DNA of 63,108 nucleotides, counting the filler, from Octopus bimaculoides (Eukaryota): assembly GCF_001194135.2 (NCBI RefSeq). It is 4 parts of 3 records of this genome, joined end to end, with 100 filler letters (N's around TTAATTAATTAA, not from the genome) between each part and the next. Parts side by side here need not be neighbours in the genome. Positions count along the whole stretch, not along the records: positions 1 to 26,207 come from NC_068982.1; 3 more parts are not named here. The stretch is one strand, 5' to 3'. A program made the translations under genes and the position numbers. Position 1 is the first letter of the stretch; every line of letters starts with the position of its first letter. Shown here in pieces: positions 13,456-25,685 of this stretch. The notes beneath the pieces were generated by a model, which was given only the letters and a program-made list of their open reading frames with translations, was not told the origin of the DNA and made no database searches.

Positions 13456-13968
13456 AAAGACAAAAGGATCATCAACACCTGATTACACTTCTTTTAAGAA
13501 ACCATTTATTATATTTTTTTGGTGAATTCCTGAAATTTACTTTAAGCTCGTGAAGCTTGTCGTAAAATGGGAAGTCATGTTTGTGGACAGTTTCAAGACG
13601 TGAGAGACAAAAGCCAAGGCATTTTAATCAATTCTATAGCCATATGTTGCACATTGATTTCACTCCATAAATCATGTGATTATCGCAGACATTAAGAGGT
13701 TCTTACAGTTAACGTGGGAACTTTAGCACCGTTTAAAATGAATTTGTCTTTATATTGATTGATTTCGTTTGACGTAAAGTTGATCGGCGGATTGCTCTCT
13801 ACGGGGTCAGTTGGTTTAACGCCAAGGCAGTTCATCCAACATTCTATGGTAAAGCAATATTTGATTTATTTACAGTACAGTGGATGCTCCAAAGCTGGAT
13901 AACACTAAACTGATCTTTTATATCTTTTACTTGATTTTAGTTATTAGACTGCGGCTATGCTAGGGTAA

Positions 13969-14450
13969 TGTTGTGGGTATAATGATGGAACACCCCTCTC
14001 ACATGACGGGTGGTATATGTCAGTCGTTACAAATACTGTGACGTCGAGAAGTTGGGGTAGTCGATCAAAGAGAGTCTTGTCTTACTTGTCTAACTATGCT
14101 GCTATACCGGAATGGACGTTATAACAGTCCAACGAGGAATTAACAAAGTCACCAAGAATTAACAAACTCACGAGGAATTAACAAACGCGCGAGGATTAAA
14201 CAAACTCATAAGGAGTTTTTGTGCGAATTTTACGGTATACAAAATCGTAAAATTATGGAAGATTTGTTGGCCGGTTTCCTTGAGTTGCAAACCAGCAACA
14301 GCAAAAACCGAATAGAAGAAGAACAACAACAGTTACTATTACAACAGCAAATGCTGCAATTAAGGAAAACAATCTTCGCAAACTGTTACTCAGAGTTTCA
14401 CGTGACCTTTCATGAAACAGATGTGAGGATACGAAATACTCAATTATTTA
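13969..14450 (+). mobile_element. Possible Ty3/Gypsy remnant: short LTR-like segment, 19-bp repeats, gag-like N-terminus
   Basis: TG...CA-bounded segment 13969-14126, then four ~19-bp repeats (acgaggaattaacaaa...), then MEDLLAGFLELQ...EEEQQQLLLQQQ; it interrupts a SINE-A fragment. Confidence 0.4.
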
Positions 14451-14455
14451 GTGCA

Positions 14456-14527
<72 letters not shown>

Positions 14528-14555
14528 GTCACCGTCATAGTGTCTAGCCACAGGC

Positions 14556-14800
14556 ATATTTACCTTGTCGGCGAGACACTAAAAGAATACGAATCGGTAA
14601 CGGGCAAAAATTAATGAGAGACAGTCAGTGGACTTGCGACTTGGCACCTGGAGAAGTAAGCCCATGCTGTACAACAGCGTCTCCATCGTGGGACACAGGA
14701 CCGGCGGACTGGTTAAATTGCTCGAGGTCGGGTCCTGTCCATACCTCCAAATGAAGAACTGGGATGCGATAACGCGCAGGGTGGTCACTCACACGACTGA
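14556..14800 (+). mobile_element. L1/Tx1-clade LINE RT fragment
   Basis: YLVGETLKEYESVTG(Q)KIN...LRLGTWRSKPM...VKLLEV, resembling the L1/Tx1 RT C-terminal (G.KIN..KS) region. Confidence 0.65.
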
Positions 14801-15480
14801 AAAAGAAAACAAGTATTGTGATCGATTCGTTCGGCTAAAAGTTCTTCAAGTTGGTGCCCCAGTATGGCCGCGGTCGAACGACTGAAGCAATTAAAAGATA
14901 AAAGATAACGGTAAAAGATATATAATTTTCATTCATAAATTACGAATTTTTCAGACTCAAACGAAATTCACTCTCGTTAGAAAATAAGCAGATACAGCGA
15001 GTATATATTCAGTTCAATTGGCATTAAAATTTTACAGAGAAAAGCATATTTCGTTGGTCGTGTAATAGCGTTATAAATATACAGATTTATATTAAAACAT
15101 GCTCATTGAATATGTATGCCTTTTCAAGATTGCGTACATAAAGGAAAATTCTATCTAAATGAGAGAATGTAAATATATAGACTTATATAAACATCAAAAT
15201 ACAGACAACGAATATATTTTAAGTTTATAACATATATAATGCTAAAAAGTTAAAAATATCAAAATAATTCAGAAGAGACTAAATATTTTATGTTATGACA
15301 ATAATATATGAAATATAGGAAATATGCAAAAAATTATCACGGACCAATTTCGTTTCGTTGCGTCTTCTAAAAAAAAAATCAATAAACAGTTGTAACTGAC
15401 ATAACTTTTTAATATATGAAATTTTTGGAACATGTCATATGATATATGTTTAAAGTATATTTGTTCTCTACAGTTAAATG

Positions 15481-15512
<32 letters not shown>

Positions 15513-16572
15513 NNNNNNNNNNNNNNNNNNNNNNNNNNNNNNNNNNNNNNNNNNNNNNNNNNNNNNNNNNNNNNNNNNNNNNNNNNNNNNNNNNNNNNNN
15601 NNNNNNNNNNNNNNNNNNNNNNNNNNNNNNNNNNNNNNNNNNNNNNNNNNNNNNNNNNNNNNNNNNNNNNNNNNNNNNNNNNNNNNNNNNNNNNNNNNNN
15701 NNNNNNNNNNNNNNNNNNNNNNNNNNNNNNNNNNNNNNNNNNNNNNNNNNNNNNNNNNNNNNNNNNNNNNNNNNNNNNNNNNNNNNNNNNNNNNNNNNNN
15801 NNNNNNNNNNNNNNNNNNNNNNNNNNNNNNNNNNNNNNNNNNNNNNNNNNNNNNNNNNNNNNNNNNNNNNNNNNNNNNNNNNNNNNNNNNNNNNNNNNNN
15901 NNNNNNNNNNNNNNNNNNNNNNNNNNNNNNNNNNNNNNNNNNNNNNNNNNNNNNNNNNNNNNNNNNNNNNNNNNNNNNNNNNNNNNNNNNNNNNNNNNNN
16001 NNNNNNNNNNNNNNNNNNNNNNNNNNNNNNNNNNNNNNNNNNNNNNNNNNNNNNNNNNNNNNNNNNNNNNNNNNNNNNNNNNNNNNNNNNNNNNNNNNNN
16101 NNNNNNNNNNNNNNNNNNNNNNNNNNNNNNNNNNNNNNNNNNNNNNNNNNNNNNNNNNNNNNNNNNNNNNNNNNNNNNNNNNNNNNNNNNNNNNNNNNNN
16201 NNNNNNNNNNNNNNNNNNNNNNNNNNNNNNNNNNNNNNNNNNNNNNNNNNNNNNNNNNNNNNNNNNNNNNNNNNNNNNNNNNNNNNNNNNNNNNNNNNNN
16301 NNNNNNNNNNNNNNNNNNNNNNNNNNNNNNNNNNNNNNNNNNNNNNNNNNNNNNNNNNNNNNNNNNNNNNNNNNNNNNNNNNNNNNNNNNNNNNNNNNNN
16401 NNNNNNNNNNNNNNNNNNNNNNNNNNNNATATATATTGATAGAAAGGACAACAAAAGAAAGAAAGAGACCTCGATATGTAAATAGAGGAATTTATCTGTA
16501 AAACTATGTGGCATTTATTCGGTAGCCATGATAAAACTCCGAGTCATTTTTCACAGGAATTTTCAATGGCCG

Positions 16573-16633
16573 GATAACTGAAGAGATGTTGGCATGGGTT
16601 CGCACCCCGGCATCCGAAACTCGGAGTTTTATC
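16573..16633 (+). ncRNA. Type I minimal hammerhead ribozyme motif (Penelope-type)
   Basis: Stem I GAUAA/UUAUC; core CUGAAGA (16578-16584); stem II GAUGUUGG/CCGGCAUC plus one extra C; GAAA (16616-16619); stem III ACU-cgg-AGU; GUU triad. Confidence 0.75.
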
Positions 16634-16651
16634 ATGGCTACCGAATAAGTG

Positions 16652-16687
<36 letters not shown>

Positions 16688-16799
16688 ACACATATATATA
16701 TACATATATATATATATTACAGTTCTATATTTAAGAGATTAGGAATTATGCACATTATTTACATTTGACGGATATTTGTCCCCAGATTGTTTGTTGTTA

Positions 16800-16843
16800 A
16801 CACAACGTTTCGGCTGATATACCCTCCAGCCTTCATCAGGTGT
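16800..16843 (-). ncRNA. Type I minimal (dimer-type) hammerhead ribozyme motif (Penelope-type)
   Basis: Minus strand: ACAC-CUGAUGA-A-GGCUG-gaggguauau-CAGCC-GAAA-CGUU-GUGU; 4-bp stem I, 5-bp stem II, loop-less palindromic ACGU stem III. Confidence 0.85.
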
Positions 16844-16894
16844 CTTGAGGAAATTTCGAACCAGAGTTCCTCATCTCTTAAATATAGAACTGTA

Positions 16895-17185
16895 TGTTGT
16901 ACGGTGTTTCCAAAAATCAGAGAAGGAGAAATTGAAAAGATTGATGAGTACAGACGCAAAATCTGGGACACAATGTTTGAGGATAATGGAAAGACATTGT
17001 CAGAGTAAGTGGTTTTTTGGGGTTTGAGACATTTTTTGTATTTGGAGTAGGAGCATGGAAGATGGTGGATTTGTGGAAGAGAAGAGAAATAGGTTTGGAG
17101 AAGATTTGCTAGAAGTGGATGCAAGATTGTAAGATAAGGCCGAAGCTTTATATGCGAGGATGCTGCTCACAATTGTAGTTGAGAA
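16895..17185 (-). mobile_element. LINE RT N-terminal fragment (CR1/L2-like)
   Basis: Minus strand: ...LSIILKHCVPDFASVLINLFNFSFSDFWK, resembling the (LK.CA.EL...L..LFN) motif near the start of LINE RT. Confidence 0.55.
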
Positions 17186-17528
17186 GTGAATTTAAAAAAA
17201 AAAGGGGGGTTGCAAAGTTATTACGTTTGCAATCAATCCGACAATCTTCAGTACAGTTTCTATCAAACCAATTTCAGTCACAAGGCTTGCGTCAACTCGA
17301 GGCTACGGTAAAAGGATATTTAACCAAGGTGACACTGCATGGAATCGAACTCGCGATCACTCGGTTGCGAAACGAATTCTTAAGCCTTTCGGGTTAAGCT
17401 GCATATACATATACTTAAGCATGTATGTATGTAATGCACATATGTATGTATGCAAATATGTATGTATGTATGTATGTACGTACGTGTGCATATATGTATG
17501 TATATACGTATGCATATATGTGTGTGTG

Positions 17529-17568
<40 letters not shown>

Positions 17569-17694
17569 ATATACGTGCGAGCGTGTGCTAATGTGTGCGT
17601 GTTTGCATATTTGCACATATAAAAGCACACATAGCCGTAGCCGTAGCCATATATGCTTTAATAAACAGAGAGATAGTTGTTATCATGGTTATCT

Positions 17695-18140
17695 ATGTCT
17701 TTATCGCCCACCAGGGGGCTAAACACAGAGGGAACAAACAAGGACAGACAAAGGGATTAAGTCGATTAGATCGACGCCAGTGCATTACTGGCACTTATTT
17801 AATCGACCCCGAAAGGATGAAAGGCAAAGTCGACCTTGACAAAATTTGAACTCAGAACGTAACGGCAGACGAAATACCCCTAAGCATTTCGCCCGGCGTG
17901 CTAACGTTTCTGCCAGCTCGAGGCCTTAGAATCACTATGAATATTCTTTTCTGCTCTAGGCACAAGGCTCGAAATTTTGGGGAGGGAGCCAGTCGATTAG
18001 ATCGACCCCCAGTGTGCAACTGGTACTTAATTTATTGACCCTGAAAGGATAAAAGGCAAAGTCGACCACGGCGGAATTTGAACTGATAACGTAAAGACAG
18101 ACAAAACACCGCTAAGCTCTTCGCCCGGCGTGCTAACGTT
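17695..18140 (-). mobile_element. Two tandem SINE family B copies
   Basis: Repeated gaccccgaaaggatgaaaggcaaagtcgacc...gaactcagaacgt...cccggcgtgctaacgtt. Confidence 0.85.
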
Positions 18141-18402
18141 NNNNNNNNNNNNNNNNNNNNNNNNNNNNNNNNNNNNNNNNNNNNNNNNNNNNNNNNNNNN
18201 NNNNNNNNNNNNNNNNNNNNNNNNNNNNNNNNNNNNNNNNNNNNNNNNNNNNNNNNNNNNNNNNNNNNNNNNNNNNNNNNNNNNNNNNNNNNNNNNNNNN
18301 NNNNNNNNNNNNNNNNNNNNNNNNNNNNNNNNNNNNNNNNNNNNNNNNNNNNNNNNNNNNNNNNNNNNNNNNNNNNNNNNNNNNNNNNNNNNNNNNNNNN
18401 NN

Positions 18403-18459
<57 letters not shown>

Positions 18460-19319
18460 GTGTGTGTAGGCATGCATATAGGTATGTATATGTATGCAAT
18501 GGGAGTGAGAGCAATTCAACACTTACTGAGCAATCAGAAAGTGTCAGTAAACTAGTTTTCTTTTTCAATTGTTAATGAATGAGAATCTCAAATCCGAAGA
18601 CCCTTCACTTCTAACGTTATGTCACCACCACCACCACCGCCTTTATTTCCGTTACCATCACCACCCCGTCCTGCTTCCTTTTTCACCTCCTCCATTCAAA
18701 TACTTAGCTGACACAATACGCGGGGACCTGACACGGCGCGAAACAAGTCAATACAATTGGTAAATAGTCGCGTGTGTATACAACACACGTCTTAAACATT
18801 GTATTCTTTCAGCAACAATGATGAATAAACGCTGTCTAGAATTGAAAATCTGCAAGAATACTTGTGTATGTTATAAGTAGACGCTTTGTGTCAGCTAAAG
18901 AGTTTTCCATTGGCAATAAAGTCACTAAGAAAATAAGGAGCCAAATATAAACAATTGTAAAATGAATATTTCTTAACCGAACAAATGATAGAACTAATTA
19001 TTAGGTAATTATATTTCGGTAAAGGACGATGTTTGTTTGCGGAGCTCGATGATACTGAGGTGTAGTCGATTGAATTCTTCACCCTGATTGGTAGCGGTGG
19101 CGTTCCTGATGAGGGTGATGATGATGATGGTGGTGGTGGTGGTGGTCGCGGTGGGAGTCGCCGTCATACTCAGGTTGATGTCCTGCCCAGTAACTTACCG
19201 GTCGCCTCCACAAGGATCTAACAAAATTTAAAATCCCAAACTCAGTTCTATCTTCAGATAAAACTTAAAATATGCATGAAGCAGTCACCCAAACTATACT
19301 GTCTTTCTTGTATGTAATA

Positions 19320-19735
19320 TCGTTTTCAAATTTTGGCACAAGGCCGGCAATTTCAGAGGAGGGATAAGTCGATTACATCCACTCTTGTGTTTAATTGGTA
19401 CTTAATTTATAGACCCCGAAAGGAAAATAGGCAAAGCCGACCTCGGCGGAATTTGAACTGAGAACGTAAAGACGGACGAAACGCCACTAAACATTTTCTC
19501 CGGCATGCTAGTGGTTTTGCCAGTTCGCCGTCCTTCTCTAGCATGTAATATCTATTCTACTATGGGCACAAGGCCTGAAACCTCGAGGGAAGGCGCTGGT
19601 CGATTATATCGACCTCAGTACTCGACCCTGAAAGGATGAAAGGCAAAGTCGACCTCTGCTGAATTTGAACTCAGAACGTGAAGACGGACGAAATGTTAGC
19701 GATTCTGCCAGCTCGCCTCCTTTCATTAGTATGTA
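19320..19735 (-). mobile_element. Two SINE family B copies
   Basis: Same family B motifs, twice. Confidence 0.8.
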
Positions 19736-19962
19736 ACGTCATCAACAGGTATAACTAATACAGACCGCGATATTAATTTAGAAGAAAGGGAAAAGCAACC
19801 CTCCTGAAAAATGAATGATATAGTATGGTAGTTAGCGTTAATGCACCATACATTACATTAAAACATAATCAGCGTAGATAAAAGGGAAAAAGCTGGCGTT
19901 GATGTATATTTGAGAGTCGGTAGAAACGTTAGCACGCCGGGCGAAATGCTTAACGGTGAAAC

Positions 19963-20196
19963 CAGTTCCCCATTCGCCTGTCATATGCAATGACTATCAA
20001 TAAATGACAAGAACAGACATTTGATAAAGCGAGGCTATTCTTGCCTGAACCGGTATTCGGCCATAGTCGGCTATATGTTGCATTCTCAAGGGCTCGCAAT
20101 TTATCTGATGTGAGAGTTAATGTTATCAACACTGACAAACAAGGGGAAAGAAGAGGGAGAACTTACACGAAGACCATAGTCTGCAAAGAATATTAG
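19963..20196 (+). mobile_element. Helitron PIF1-like helicase C-terminal fragment
   Basis: [44 protein letters not shown]...TKTIVCKEY, matching the Helitron QFP.RLA(F/Y)AMTINKSQGQT...HGQLYVA.SR motif. Confidence 0.9.
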
Positions 20197-20829
20197 ATAC
20201 GCAAGAATATTAGATACGCAAATTAAAATGTATATTGGTTCGGATCCATCGCCCTGGCTTCTAAGTTACCAATGATGTGGTTTTCAGAGTATGCCATGTT
20301 ACATTAAATTTTTGTCCCCGTGAAACTGCGACCCCTATACTTTACATATGAAATTATTATTTTTTACTATAAAATTTTTGTTTTCTAGATATGAAATTGT
20401 GATCACGTAAATTTTAAAATATAATTTTTCTGTTGATGGGGAAAATGGAAAAAAATTAGAATCAATATTTATTTTATGAGTACTGTGTATTAAGTCTATA
20501 AAATTGTGCATAAAGTATATAAAGTGCATTAAGTAATCATCGTATTCCAATTTCCTTCACTTTTCAATGAATAGCAGGCTACGCTTGTAGGTTTTGGGGG
20601 TAAAGTTTTCAGGAACAATCCAATAGGTTTACTATTATTTCCGTTAAACATTCATGGGCCCTGCTAGTATATATTAATTGCCTCTGTAAATTTAGGCAGT
20701 TCGAAATCTCTCAAGAAAGTTTTAGAATTTGGTCAGGGTTTTATTGCAGTTAGTAATTCAGGCTTTGATGTCACTGTGCAGGTTAGGAATAGTTGCTGTT
20801 TTACGGTATAGTTTTCAGGGGTTAAACCT

Positions 20830-21050
20830 ATTAGTCGAGAATTGTTCGCTGTTACCATTGCAGGATGGGCCTGAGGTTTGTTTGGGAATTATTAGGATTG
20901 TATATCCTAGACATAAAGGTTCCACTCCACAGAGTTCGGCCTTTATCGTAACGATGGACTATTTATTGTATGAAGTAAGAATAACTCTACAATGGATGCT
21001 ACTAGCAAAGAATTTATCATAATATTCAAAGAGCTAGATATAAATATACA
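20830..21050 (+). mobile_element. Penelope-like element RT core fragment
   Basis: Across frameshifts: LFAVT..QDGPEVC..LLGLYILD..FHSTEFGLYRNDGL...SKEFIIIFKELD, resembling PLE RT (FDVTMGS.DGAEVCELVGLYIL...GLYRDDGL); catalytic YRDD reads YRND. Confidence 0.7.
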
Positions 21051-22830
21051 TATACATACATATACTCTTAGATAATAAATTCACATATCTCCCAATAATA
21101 ATTGGTGCACCGTTTTGTACACCAATTATTAGGAGCATATGTATATATATATATATATATATATNNNNNNNNNNNNNNNNNNNNNNNNNNNNNNNNNNNN
21201 NNNNNNNNNNNNNNNNNNNNNNNNNNNNNNNNNNNNNNNNNNNNNNNNNNNNNNNNNNNNNNNNNNNNNNNNNNNNNNNNNNNNNNNNNNNNNNNNNNNN
21301 NNNNNNNNNNNNNNNNNNNNNNNNNNNNNNNNNNNNNNNNNNNNNNNNNNNNNNNNNNNNNNNNNNNNNNNNNNNNNNNNNNNNNNNNNNNNNNNNNNNN
21401 NNNNNNNNNNNNNNNNNNNNNNNNNNNNNNNNNNNNNNNNNNNNNNNNNNNNNNNNNNNNNNNNNNNNNNNNNNNNNNNNNNNNNNNNNNNNNNNNNNNN
21501 NNNNNNNNNNNNNNNNNNNNNNNNNNNNNNNNNNNNNNNNNNNNNCACACACACTCACACACACACACACACACACGCACGCACACACACGCATACACAT
21601 ACACACACACATACATACATATTAATAACGAGAAATATCTCACGAATGGAGATGGTTATATTTTTATTAATGTATTGCTACATATGTTTCGGCATGACAT
21701 GTATTTTTTAAGGGGCCACCTCATCACATCCATAGGATATTATTAAGTATTATTTATAATATCCATTGACCCTAGGGAGGTCCATTTTTTTGAGATGCAT
21801 ACTTCTTCAGGCAATCTTGCACTAATGTTCTGAGGATTGCCTTGTTTACACTTCAAGATATTAATCATTGTGCACCAATCAAAAAGTTCTACTGCATAAA
21901 TGGGCGGTGCTTGCGAATTCCTGCAAACTACTGAGTAGATGGATTTATCGATAGAGTCAAGAACTTTGAAAAAGATGGTTTTGTTTGTTGTTTACATAAC
22001 ACATGGAGAGAAAGGGGAAAGAAAAGAGAAGGGAGAAGATAAAATTGCGAGTTGTATTCAGTTATGTGTGCGCAAGCACACAGGAAGGATAAGAAAACTG
22101 AGGAACACATGGAAGAGAGAAAGAAAGAGAAAAAGAGAAAAGATAGATTGTATTAAGAATGAAACACATTTAGTTGCCAGGGGATTAGGAATCCACCCTG
22201 CCCCCATGTTTCTCAACCGAATAGATAAATGCTATAAATGAAATGGGGAGGACAAGTTTGTTTTGATCATTATCAGTTCCGGTTAATAAATTGGTTGTGC
22301 CATAAAAATACATGGCATGCTGAAACATATGTAGCAATGCATCAATAAAAAATATATATAAAAATCTCCTTCCGTAAAATATTTCTCGCTGTTAATATAT
22401 TTATCCTACGCTACATGGAGTACCGCATACATAACAGTCCCATTCAGTTAACTCGCGAGGTTGGGAATAATAAACGGTAGCCAGAAACAAGTAACTTAGG
22501 AGGTTTTATGAGCGCACTAATAGACATTTGCAGCAAACAAATTACAAGGATACACACACACACACATTAGTTAGTTGAACTATCACCCTTCTACCTTCTA
22601 AGCAAAAGGATTTGCTATCAATTTTAAGAACTTGCCCTGTTTACCACGAGGTCTACACAGTGTAGTACAAGTTCACCCAGTGGTTTGAAACTAAGAAGTT
22701 ACTTTTAATCTTAATTTTCATGATCGTTAGCGACCATACATACAAGGTGTGTTTTAGATTCAGATGAATTAGGTACTTATTATTTATACACACGCACACA
22801 CAGATGCACACACACAAACACGCACACACA

Positions 22831-22892
<62 letters not shown>

Positions 22893-23725
22893 AGAGTGTA
22901 TAAAATATTTTTATACACAAAGAGGAGACCACTGACAGGACTCCTTGCATGCTAAAAAGGCCAGTTAAAACCCAAACCACGAAAAAGAGAATTCATGAGT
23001 CACACCAATTATAACACTAGAACGAACAAAAAAAAATGAATTAGTTAATCCCGAACTCCGTTCCTTTGCGCATTTTCCATACGTTTTTTAACGTATATAT
23101 ATAAATACATACGTATATGTGTGTGTGAGAGTGTATAAAGTATAAAGCGTGAGAGTGTTGAAAAACAGACACAGAATGGCAAGTCGAAAAACAGAGTAAA
23201 TGCCCAGACAAACGGTCTCCAACTCCTCGTCAGTTATCGTCAGAGTATCAAACGCAATTTCGTGCCTTTAACGATAATATTAGTTCCCTTCTGGTTGCAA
23301 CCGGAAAGAGCTGCCGGGAAATGGGACCGAAATGTAACAGAACTAGAACAAACGAACAATAAATGGATAAACAAGCAATACAGAAGTGGACATACGAAAA
23401 TGTATAAATGTATTTGAAGACGAGACCGTTAGTAGACGGACGAGGAACAAAACGAAATAAATAGATAAACAGAATGAACATCAAATACATATATACATAT
23501 TTATATATATACATATATACATATACATATATACATACATATATACATGTACATATATACATACATATCTAGGTTTCTGGTGTCAGGATAAATTCGTCAC
23601 TTCTTTCCAACAGTCTTAGAAACCTTGAGATTAAAAAGTCATGAAAGCTGTCCATTTCTGACAAAGATATACGCCCATAAATACAGACAGACAGACAGAC
23701 TGGTGAACAGAAAGTCAGGCATATA

Positions 23726-23760
<35 letters not shown>

Positions 23761-23948
23761 ATATATATATATATATTTCTTCAGCAGTAAACAAAATATG
23801 AACGGGTGATTCTTTTTCCCGGCATGTCGATAGATCGATATCCCAACATCTCCACCAGCAATAACATTGTTTCATGTATATTATTTACTCGAAAATCTTC
23901 ATAAATTCATAAGTTCCCTCTCTCTCCCTCTCTTTCTTTCCCTCCCCC

Positions 23949-23980
<32 letters not shown>

Positions 23981-24202
23981 CTACCTCTGTCCCACCTCTG
24001 TCCCACCTCTGTCCCACCTCTCTCTCTCTCTCTCTCTCTTTCTCTGTATTTTTCTCCTTTGCTAACACTTTAAAAATCTCGTTGGAAATCTCATCTCATT
24101 TCAGAGGATTTTTCTTAGAATGAAGCGTTATAATTTCTTTATCAACAATAAGTATATCTGGTTAGAACCAGTTAAATGTTCTCTTAGTTCTGCTTTCTAA
24201 AC

Positions 24203-24495
24203 CAGTGCTTCTCAAACTATCTGATGTGGCGTATCGGCAATTTTTTTCCCAATGTGCCGGTAATATTTCTTAGTAATATTAATTTAAACCAGAAAAAATT
24301 TATATAATGAATACAGTAAAAATTAACAATTTTTTATATCTTATATTTATTTTGTAAACAAATAATACAATATTACATAAGCATTTTATAAGCATTTTAT
24401 AATGTTTCTTTCTTTTCTGGAAACTCACCGCATACCGGCAGCTGATGGCTCGCGGACCGGCACCGGTCCACGGACCATCTCTTTCAGTAGCGATG
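24203..24495. mobile_element. hAT-Charlie-like MITE, degenerate
   Basis: Left end cagtgcttctcaaact; right end ...ccggtccacggacc...agtagcgatg; flanks ttctaaac / gtctaacc resemble an NTCTARAN target. Confidence 0.55.
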
Positions 24496-24676
24496 GTCTA
24501 ACCAATCTAGCCGTTTCCTCTAAGAAGAGAATATATAAATGGTTTCGACCAAGAAGAATAAATATGGGAATGAACAAACACTGGTAAAAAAAACAAAAAA
24601 ACTTAGTGAGAATTGTTGAAAGGAAAATTTCCTGCAGTATTCTTCTAGACATGACAACATTTATATACGCAATGTC

Positions 24677-24714
<38 letters not shown>

Positions 24715-24978
24715 AGAAAGAATCTTAGCAGCGGCTACCGAGAATATCAGACACATTTCGGCCTCCCTCCGATGTATATATTGCGTTTTTAAAAAGAGCA
24801 CGCCTATGAGAGAGGTTATTTCCGGACTAATGGCTCAGAAAATTTGCCTTTCAAATATGTACTGTATTTACGTTGAGTATGATGCATAGATAGCCATGTT
24901 GTGTGTGTGTGTATATAGACATATATATTTATATGAGAGTATTGTAGTTCGCTTGAAGCATTGTGTATTATTTGTAAG

Positions 24979-25259
24979 GAATAAAAAGTTTTGAATGCAC
25001 TATAATACAAACAATGGGCTATATATCCATTGTAATTTAGTCATCCATAGTCTGATGATATTTCGGAATAAAATTCCTTCTACAGATATTCTAAAAAGCC
25101 GTTGGAAAACCGATTATAGCAGCGACTCCATCTAAGAATATCTGAAGAAGGAATTTTATACCGAAATATTATCAGACTATGGATGACTAAATTACAACAG
25201 GTATATAGTCCATTTTTTGTGTTATAGTGCATTGTTGTGCTATTCAAAACTTTTTATTC
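24979..25259. repeat. Fold-back repeat with hammerhead-like core in its arms
   Basis: 24979-25092 is the reverse complement of 25135-25259; the right arm has CTGAAGA-A-GG...CC-GAAA. Confidence 0.8.
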
Positions 25260-25534
25260 TTTATACATACATNNNNNNNNNNNNNNNNNNNNNNNNNNNN
25301 NNNNNNNNNNNNNNNNNNNNNNNNNNNNNNNNNNNNNNNNNNNNNNNNNNNNNNNNNNNNNNNNNNNNNNNNNNNNNNNNNNNNNNNNNNNNNNNNNNNN
25401 NNNNNNNNNNNNNNNNNNNNNNNNNNNNNNNNNNNNNNNNNNNNNNNNNNNNNNNNNNNNNNNNNNNNNNNNNNNNNNNNNNNNNNNATGCACACATTCA
25501 TACATACATACACACACATATATGCGTTTGTGTG

Positions 25535-25629
25535 TGTTAGGAAGGTCATCCAGCTGTAGAAACCCTGCCAAAACAGACATGGGGCCGGGGTAACTCTTCA
25601 GCTGGCTAGCATGGAAAACGGACGTTATG

Positions 25630-25684
<55 letters not shown>

Positions 25685-25685
25685 A
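25535..25685 (+). mobile_element. Family D repeat 3' end with (GAT)n tail (RTE-tail-like)
   Basis: ttaggaaggtcatccagctgtagaaacc...gcatggaaaacggacgt-(gat)n; related copies at 32870-33010, 34490-34640, 34970-35180, 39470-39640 and 42340-42490. Confidence 0.7.

Noticed and set aside
18707-18755. ctgacac...gcgaaacaagtc hammerhead-like string
   Set aside because: Core lacks G8/A9 and stem I does not pair.
24745-24780. Minus-strand GGCC-GAAA-TGTGTC hammerhead-like 3' half
   Set aside because: The CUGANGA core is unrecognisable; at best a remnant.
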